From NCBI GenBank assembly GCA_034226945.1, contig CP120455.1:124001-188000 (forward strand): 64,000 nt of DNA, written 5' to 3'. Made by a program: the position numbers and the translations under genes. Positions 57,505 to 64,000 of the stretch are shown here, in pieces. This stretch comes from Picochlorum sp. SENEW3 (lineage: Eukaryota). Below the pieces are notes generated by a model that saw nothing but the letters and a program-made list of their open reading frames with translations, had not been told where the DNA came from and did not search any database. How positions within the stretch are numbered: the stretch's first letter is position 1; every line of letters starts with the position of its first letter.

Positions 57505-59639
57505 ATGAATAGCGCAAACCCTTCCGGCGAGCGAGGACACGTCGCATGCTCGCCGAAAGATTGGCAAGAACACAACGGCCACGCCGCTCCATTCTTTCAA
57601 ACGAATGAATGCTCTGCTGGAATAGCTCATAAACAATTACCAAGGTTTGATAGTGTCATTATGGAGCATTATCTGTGTGATATGACAGGGTTGAGAGACG
57701 AGGTGTATGGGTTGTTTCGAGCTCACCCGGAACTGCTTGTTGCCGAGGAGGAGGGCATGTCCAAGGAAGAGCATCGGGAGCTGGTGAGAAATTGTCTACG
57801 AATGCTTTTGAATGAAGGGTATTCGCCACTATCATTCTTCTCGAGAGATTTCAAAAAGTACTTTTACTTGGCAGAATTGCTCAGTCTGGTGGACCTGTCC
57901 TTGACAGTCAAGATGGGAGTGCAATACAGTTTATGGGGAGGATCGATTGTGAATCTGGGGACGGAGAAGCATCGAAGGCAATATTTCGATGCTATTGATC
58001 GTTTCAAGTTGCCTGGCTGTTTTGCAATGACAGAGCTTCGCCATGGAAGTAATGTTGCTGGGTTGCAGACAGAGGCTGTGTTGGATCTGGATACGGATGA
58101 ATGGGTGATTCATACGCCTGATGACGGAGCTATCAAATGGTGGATTGGGAATGCGGCTGAAGATGGCAAGATGGCCACTGTGTTTGCCCGGCTCAAGGTT
58201 CCCTCGTCTGCTGCGACAGGCACGCTGGATGACTATGGGGTGCATGCCATTGTGGTGCCACTTCGTGATGACCATGGCGCATGTCTTCCAGGGGTGGAGA
58301 TTCACGATTGTGGGTACAAGGTCGGGTTGAATGGCGTGGATAATGGTGCGATTTTTTATAATATGTTTCCCGAGTATGTATAGGGTAGAAATTGATTGAT
58401 TGATGAATCCATGTCATGACAGGTGCCATCAGATTTACTCGGGTAAGAGTCCCTCGTGAAAACTTGCTTGATCGGTTTGCGACTGTGGACAGAAGTGGGA
58501 GGTACTCCTCGCCATTACCTTCCCAAGCAAAGCGATTCGCAGCGACTCTGGGAGAGTTGACTGGAGGGAGAGTGGGTCTCACATTTGCGTCGATTGGCGT
58601 TTTGAAAGGCGCTGTCACTATTGCTGTGCGATACTCTGCACAGCGTCAGCAATTTGGGCCACCTCATGGGGCGGAAATTTCCATATTGGATTACCCCTCT
58701 CAGCAATTAAAGCTCATGCCAATGCTTGCGACAGCATATGCCATGCATTTCACGAGAGAAGTGCTCATTGAAAAATACGTGGAAATGAAGAGGACAAAGG
58801 ATGAGGTGTTGATTGCTGATGTGCATTCCCTGTCGGCAGGCCTCAAAGCCTATACGACAAACTATACAAACAATGCATTATCTATAGCTCGAGAATCGTG
58901 TGGTGGACATGGATATGCATCAGTGAACAGACTAGGTGCACTGCGCTCGGATCACGACATCTTTCAAACATTTGAAGGAGATAATACAGTTCTCCTGCAG
59001 CAAGTTGCTGCACTCCTTCTCAAAGAGTACAAGGATCAGTTCGCTGGCTCGCCAGTTCACGCGACATGGTCATATTTGAAGCAAATGGCTGCTGATTCGC
59101 TCCCTACAAACCCGTTGGTATCGCACGCAACGGAACCAAGCCATCTCAGAAACACAGGGTTTCTAAAGAGGGCGCTCAGGTACAGAACAGCGCGACTTCT
59201 TCACACACTGGCAGCAAGGCTTCATAAGCACACAAAGAAACTGGGCCAATTTGTTGCGTGGAACAAGTGTTTACTGCACGTTCTCGCGCTCTCAAAAGCC
59301 CATATTGAAAGCATCATGCTTGATGCCTTCATGAAGGCTGTGCAAGAATGCCCAGACCCTGACTGCAGAAAATCACTCAAGGCCATGGCAGATGTATTCG
59401 CGCTGGATAGGATCCACGCCGATATCATGTTTAGAAACGATGACTATATTGCACCAGAAAAGGCCAAAGCCATCATGAAGATGATTGAAAAGCTGTGTGG
59501 GGAGCTCCGTGGAGTGGCAGTTCCACTGTGCAATGCGTTTGGCATTCCTGACCATATTCTCAGAGCACCCATTGCCCTGTCAACCATCCATCACGATCCT
59601 TATGGAGATTATCTCCATGCCGCTGGATTCGATGATTAA
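57505..59639 (+). CDS. Peroxisomal acyl-CoA oxidase (ACX2-like; intron 58346-58422)
   Basis: GCFAMTELRHGSNV, KWWIGNAA, KVGLNGVDNG|AIRF, RESCGGHGY, TFEGDNTVL. Confidence 0.93.
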
Positions 59640-59710
59640 ATTTAAAAAAATTGATTGTCTACTGTAATATGTATCAATCATTGTCACAGTAGGACGAATC
59701 AGCTTGTTCC

Positions 59711-60316
59711 ATGGTATCGCTGCTTTGGAGGTCGAGCACCTGCCGCCCTCTCTCGCATCGCTATGCCACCCATATTAGAAGAAATTGTCAGCAAAGACCA
59801 TCATGTAGAGCTGCGGCTGGGAGCGCAAGTTTCCATGAAGGTTCCTCGCAGGGCCGGTCGGGCCAAATCGCCTTTCATTCAACCATCAAAAGCACGCAGA
59901 ATAGATTGTTCTCTTCCTGGTACAATTATAACAAGTTAAAAGAGCAATTAGGGGCAGCTGGATTATCAGGTTTGGCTTCCTATGGCGTTTTAAACACGCT
60001 ATATTACTTTTGTGCCTACCTTGTCGTCTTTTTCACGATGGATATGCCTCGTGATCTCTCACTGGCGCAAGGAGGTGCGTATGTTATAAAATTGCTTGCA
60101 ATTGTATGGGCTGGGAGTCAGGTGACGAAGATTCCGAGGGCTGCATGCGCCCTTGCCTGTGCTCCGCTCATGGATAGAGTGCTTGCATGGGTAGGCAATG
60201 CCTTGCGTTTGAAGAGCAAGCGGCAAGCGTTTGTCTTTGTTATTGTACCAGCCTGTTGGTCTCTGTTCTTTGTTCTGCTTCTGATTAGTTATAGTGCATT
60301 GATGCTTGCGTTCTAG
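59711..60316 (+). CDS. Hypothetical plastid membrane protein
   Basis: Transit peptide; GLASYGVLNTLYY and VWAGSQVTKIPRAACALACAP; TM segments. Confidence 0.7.
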   Translation: MVSLLWRSSTCRPLSHRYATHIRRNCQQRPSCRAAAGSASFHEGSSQGRSGQIAFHSTIKSTQNRLFSSWYNYNKLKEQLGAAGLSGLASYGVLNTLYYFCAYLVVFFTMDMPRDLSLAQGGAYVIKLLAIVWAGSQVTKIPRAACALACAPLMDRVLAWVGNALRLKSKRQAFVFVIVPACWSLFFVLLLISYSALMLAF

Positions 60317-60651
60317 ACCTGTACTACCCAGGCATGTGCCTGGTGATTGTGAGTATTGTTCATGCATGCAACTGTGTCAAACTTGATAGTCTTACACATG
60401 GTCGATGATTTATTATTATTAATCGATCTTACAAACAAAGTATGTACTATATATAAATATATGGAAACATGCATAGTCTATGCTCGTTGGTTGACTGTCA
60501 AAAATACTCAACTAAAGAATACTGGTGTGAGGTAAAAAATAAAAGTAGTAGTCAAAGGAACGTCATCAAGCGCACGCCATCATGGCATTGTGACTAATTG
60601 TCTCCTACGCTCTGTCACTCGTCTCATACATATCGTATGTCTCGTCTACAT

Positions 60652-61125
60652 CTATTTCTCTTCTCGATTCGCGTGTTTCTCAAAGTCCAATCGGCGAGAC
60701 AACTGAAACCCAAACGCAAACTCTTCAGGATCAATCCGCCTCAAACGACTCTTCTTGGGAGCCCTCGGGGGCTCCCACCGCTCATCAGGGTCATGCCTCA
60801 CAATCTGATGCACCGGTGTCGCTGGAGGACTATTGTCATCATCATTGCCTTCTATATGCATGCTCTCATGTCTACCGTCTTGGAGACACTCACATCTCTG
60901 TAACCCCTCTGGATGGTCACTGCTCTCCATCCCCTGGGAATGACATTCCTCTCGAGGGCAACACTCGTTATTATGCTTCCTCACATCCATCGGAGACGCC
61001 TCGCATCCATCTCCCTCACGACACCCAACCATCCCCTCTGCGACTGCTGCTCTCTGCTGTGCTCGTTCTTCCTTCAACCGAGCAGCTGCCTGAGACCGTG
61101 TCTGCACACCACCACCACAATACAT
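60652..61125 (-). CDS. Small disordered protein with TP..PPRAPKK..RRLDF motifs (possible SIAMESE-related CDK inhibitor); start uncertain
   Basis: Coding-like ORF in an otherwise empty 1.8-kb interval; the motif resemblance is recalled, not searched. Confidence 0.5.
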   Translation of the reverse strand: MYCGGGVQTRSQAAARLKEERAQQRAAVAEGMVGCREGDGCEASPMDVRKHNNECCPREECHSQGMESSDHPEGLQRCECLQDGRHESMHIEGNDDDNSPPATPVHQIVRHDPDERWEPPRAPKKSRLRRIDPEEFAFGFQLSRRLDFEKHANREEK

Positions 61126-62117
61126 GAATATGCAATAAGAAAAAAAACAAAGAAAGAACAGTAGTGTTCGGAACCAGCAATCATCCACGCACCTCCACTC
61201 CCTGCCGTGGACTCGGCACAAAGAGCCCGATAGATTCCGCAAAAGGTTGTCGACGAGTCTCCTCCACATTCAAATGCTTCTCCTCCCCCTCCTTCATTTT
61301 TTTAATACCTACTATGTCTCGAATTATATGGTAAATATCTTAACAACGCAATGTATGAGTTGAAATCTCAAAACCGGCTTTAAGAGCGAGATTCCTGTCC
61401 AACGCCACAATTGCCCCCCAACGACGCACCTAGTGCGTCAATTTTTACTTTAAGATTATTAAATGTGCAAAATTCTCGAGCATTCCGTGCGGGGAATGCG
61501 TCCTTGGTCCGTCGCTGGTATCACCTTCTCGGTTCCCAGGACCTCTGACTTGTTTTATTGTCCCGCCGTACGCCAAATCTCTTGCATACACACAAGAGCA
61601 GAAACGGTATTAAAACTTATTACCAAAATTGTAGTAAAAAATTATTGGCCGAGGAATATGTCTCATGCGTAGCATAAGGAAAGCGCATCGCGTTATCGAT
61701 GGCCTCACCAATCATTCAATGATTGAATGATGATACGCTTACGCGACGCAACGGCAAGGTCGCCACATAGATGCATCGGCACCCATCAACGAGTGCCTTT
61801 GATGGATTCATTCATTTGTCCCTGAAAACTGCATACCTGATATATATGTATATCAGATATATATATCTCTTTGTTGACTACGTACCCCTTTATTCTTCTT
61901 TTGATCCTTGTTCTTCCTCCTCCTTCTTCTCCGACACCATCATCATCTTCCCGATGATGGCATGAAAGAGCTCTTCCTTCATTCTGTTCCGAAGGAATTC
62001 TTCTTGAGAAGAACTTGTAGGGTACAATCAACACAAGGGCATGCTTGCGCATGCCATCCTGATAATCGAATTCTGAATTCTTAGCAAGCAAAAGTTAAAA
62101 AGCGATAAATAATGTGA

Positions 62118-63005
62118 ATGAATGCGTCTGTGCGGCTAAAACAGCACTGCAGCAAGAAGCGGGTGTGCCTGTCTCAGGCAGGCAAGGGCCAATGGAGACA
62201 GTACCACACTCGTCGGAATGCGTATGCAAATACCCGGAAACATCTATACCATCCTGACTTGGAGCGAGCGAAGTACATGGAGGATGTGTACCACATTCTT
62301 GCTCGGAAGGCTCTTCTTGGGGCAAAAGAATTGACACAGGACTCTCGCGATGAGAACAGGCGGGTGAAATTAGAAAAAAAGCCTTATGGTCGATATATGG
62401 TGGGGATTGTGGGGATGCCTGGATCAGGCAAGTCGACGCTGGCCAGAAATGTGGCTCAAATTATCAATAGCATTCAAGAGGATACGTGTGCTGTGGTGCT
62501 TCCGATGGATGGATATCATTACACAAAGGCTGCTTTGGATGAATTTGATGATCCAGAAGAGGCGCATGCGAGGCGAGGGGCGCCGTGGACGTTTGATGCC
62601 CAGGCCTTTGTGGACACGGTCGTGATGGTTGCGGATAGGTGTCATAGAGTGGACAACATATGGGCGCCGACGTTTGATCACCGGCATGGTGATCCTGTGG
62701 ATAAGGGTGTATGTATTGCTCCATATCACTCTATCGTTTTAGTGGAAGGGAATTATCTGTTGCTGGAGCAGCCTCCATGGAATGCCTTGAGGGACGTGTT
62801 TCATGAGACATGGTATATTGATTGTGATATGGAGGAATCATTGCGTCGAGTATTTCATCGACAGACACGGAATGGGGCGCCTGCCCGTGTGGCGAGGCAT
62901 CGAATAGAAACGAATGATCGTTTGAATGCCATGGATATTTACGAGACGGCTGATGCTGCCAATGTCATGATTCCGTCGCTTCCATTTTCCACACGGCGCC
63001 GATGA
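62118..63005 (+). CDS. P-loop kinase of the uridine kinase/phosphoribulokinase-like (Yfh7-like) family
   Basis: GMPGSGKST, PMDGYH, RRGAPWTFDA, PTFDHRHGDP, VEGNYLLL, NDRLNA. Confidence 0.88.
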   Translation: MNASVRLKQHCSKKRVCLSQAGKGQWRQYHTRRNAYANTRKHLYHPDLERAKYMEDVYHILARKALLGAKELTQDSRDENRRVKLEKKPYGRYMVGIVGMPGSGKSTLARNVAQIINSIQEDTCAVVLPMDGYHYTKAALDEFDDPEEAHARRGAPWTFDAQAFVDTVVMVADRCHRVDNIWAPTFDHRHGDPVDKGVCIAPYHSIVLVEGNYLLLEQPPWNALRDVFHETWYIDCDMEESLRRVFHRQTRNGAPARVARHRIETNDRLNAMDIYETADAANVMIPSLPFSTRRR

Positions 63006-63116
63006 TGATGATGAGAATTGCATTCTTCTTTTAAAATACAAAGAAACTCGTATCATGAAAACAAATGTATTCATTGCACTATTACTCTATGGAAATGTGA
63101 CAGCTTGTACATCATA

Positions 63117-64000
63117 TTATGAGAGTCTCCATACTGCCCACGCATGCCCCCTGTCTGCAATGTGACACTCCTCATCACGAGGGTGGAAATCACCTGGACC
63201 GAGTTTAACAACCAGCGCATCATCGATGCGCGCAGCATATACATCATTGGTGGCCTGAAGGATTGTCACGGTGGAGCGACAGTGAATACCCAACTCTTTC
63301 CTCAATGCAATCAATCGCTTGATGACATGGCTGAGATGTTCATCATGGAACATGTGATCATAAAACACGCATGGCGTTCCTGGATGAGTCAGTATATACG
63401 CATAACCTTGCTCTAAAGCATGATGCGGAAATCTCCAGTGACCCTGTGTCGACCCTGTATCGTGATTTTCCAGGAATGTGACTGCTCGGGATGGCCACCA
63501 CCCAACCAGCCCAGGAGGGTGTCCTTGTGCGTCAGACAGCCTCCAGTACTCGCATCGTTCAAATACCGCATGAAGAATACCTTTTGTTGTAATATCAAAT
63601 GCGGTTGACAGTCCTCCCGCCGCATTGATCCAATCCACAGTGCGCTGACGATGTGCATCTTGGTTGAGCTTGGGCGTTCCATCCCATTCATACTCGAGCG
63701 CATCCCAATACTCTCCCACAGAAAACAATGGTTTAGATACTTCGAGGTAATCTTTCACATGACTTCCATGAAAACCTTTGACGAAATCCAGTCTCCATCC
63801 ATCAAACCCGATATTGGTTCTCAACCACACCAACCATTCGCCAACATCATTCTTGACAAACTCTTGGGAATGATCAATATTCGGAGCTGCAGTAAACACA
63901 TCACCCGAACTGAAATTACCACGTCCATGGAAATTTGGATCATCTCGAACAATTGCCCGCGCATCCCAATCCATACGACCTCCAAACTGGTTCCACACTC
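63117..64000 (-). CDS. Alpha-amylase (GH13, plant AMY type), C-terminal part; 5' end outside the window
   Basis: APNIDH, GFDGWRLDFVKG, VGEYWD, FLENHDTGSTQGHW, YILTHPGTP. Confidence 0.93.
   Translation of the reverse strand, partial: VWNQFGGRMDWDARAIVRDDPNFHGRGNFSSGDVFTAAPNIDHSQEFVKNDVGEWLVWLRTNIGFDGWRLDFVKGFHGSHVKDYLEVSKPLFSVGEYWDALEYEWDGTPKLNQDAHRQRTVDWINAAGGLSTAFDITTKGILHAVFERCEYWRLSDAQGHPPGLVGWWPSRAVTFLENHDTGSTQGHWRFPHHALEQGYAYILTHPGTPCVFYDHMFHDEHLSHVIKRLIALRKELGIHCRSTVTILQATNDVYAARIDDALVVKLGPGDFHPRDEECHIADRGHAWAVWRLS

Noticed and set aside
1..64000. CRISPR arrays, rRNA, transposases or prokaryotic defence systems
   Set aside because: None seen; the window is eukaryotic housekeeping DNA with no repeat-spacer array or recognisable transposase/RT ORF.

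Overview
Gene-dense eukaryotic nuclear DNA from a compact green microalga. Evidence: mostly ~65-110 bp GT-AG introns with a GTACGT/GTATGT-type donor, TGTAA poly(A)-like signals just after stop codons, very short intergenic spacers and many plastid-targeted proteins; this is consistent with a Picochlorum-like trebouxiophyte (inference). About 35 protein genes are present: SDG2/ATXR3-like SET, omega-3 desaturase, RsgA, SPT5, PDS5, SETD4-like, CWF19L1, 3-RRM GBP, FAD oxidase, FZL, CURT1, ATP10, CCA-adding enzyme, UBP6, CAT transporter, HORMA protein, THOC3, a long coiled-coil protein, USP39, ChlH paralogue, fibrillin, TDP1, acyl-CoA oxidase, a kinase and alpha-amylase, plus a U6 snRNA gene. Most striking: the CCA-adding enzyme gene is interrupted by a ~2.0 kb intron (33164-31133). 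It holds a complete antisense UBP6/USP14 gene and a same-strand U6 snRNA gene with its own TATA/USE-like promoter, and the U6 terminator lies ~40 nt from the host 3' splice site. Other highlights: a secreted PLA2 + catalytically degenerate RNase T2-like fusion; a GC-AG intron that encodes an alternative membrane anchor and a poly(A) signal; recurring CCCAT/ATGGG dyads in promoters; and a 27-bp nested palindromic inverted repeat. All family calls come from recalled motifs; no searches were run.
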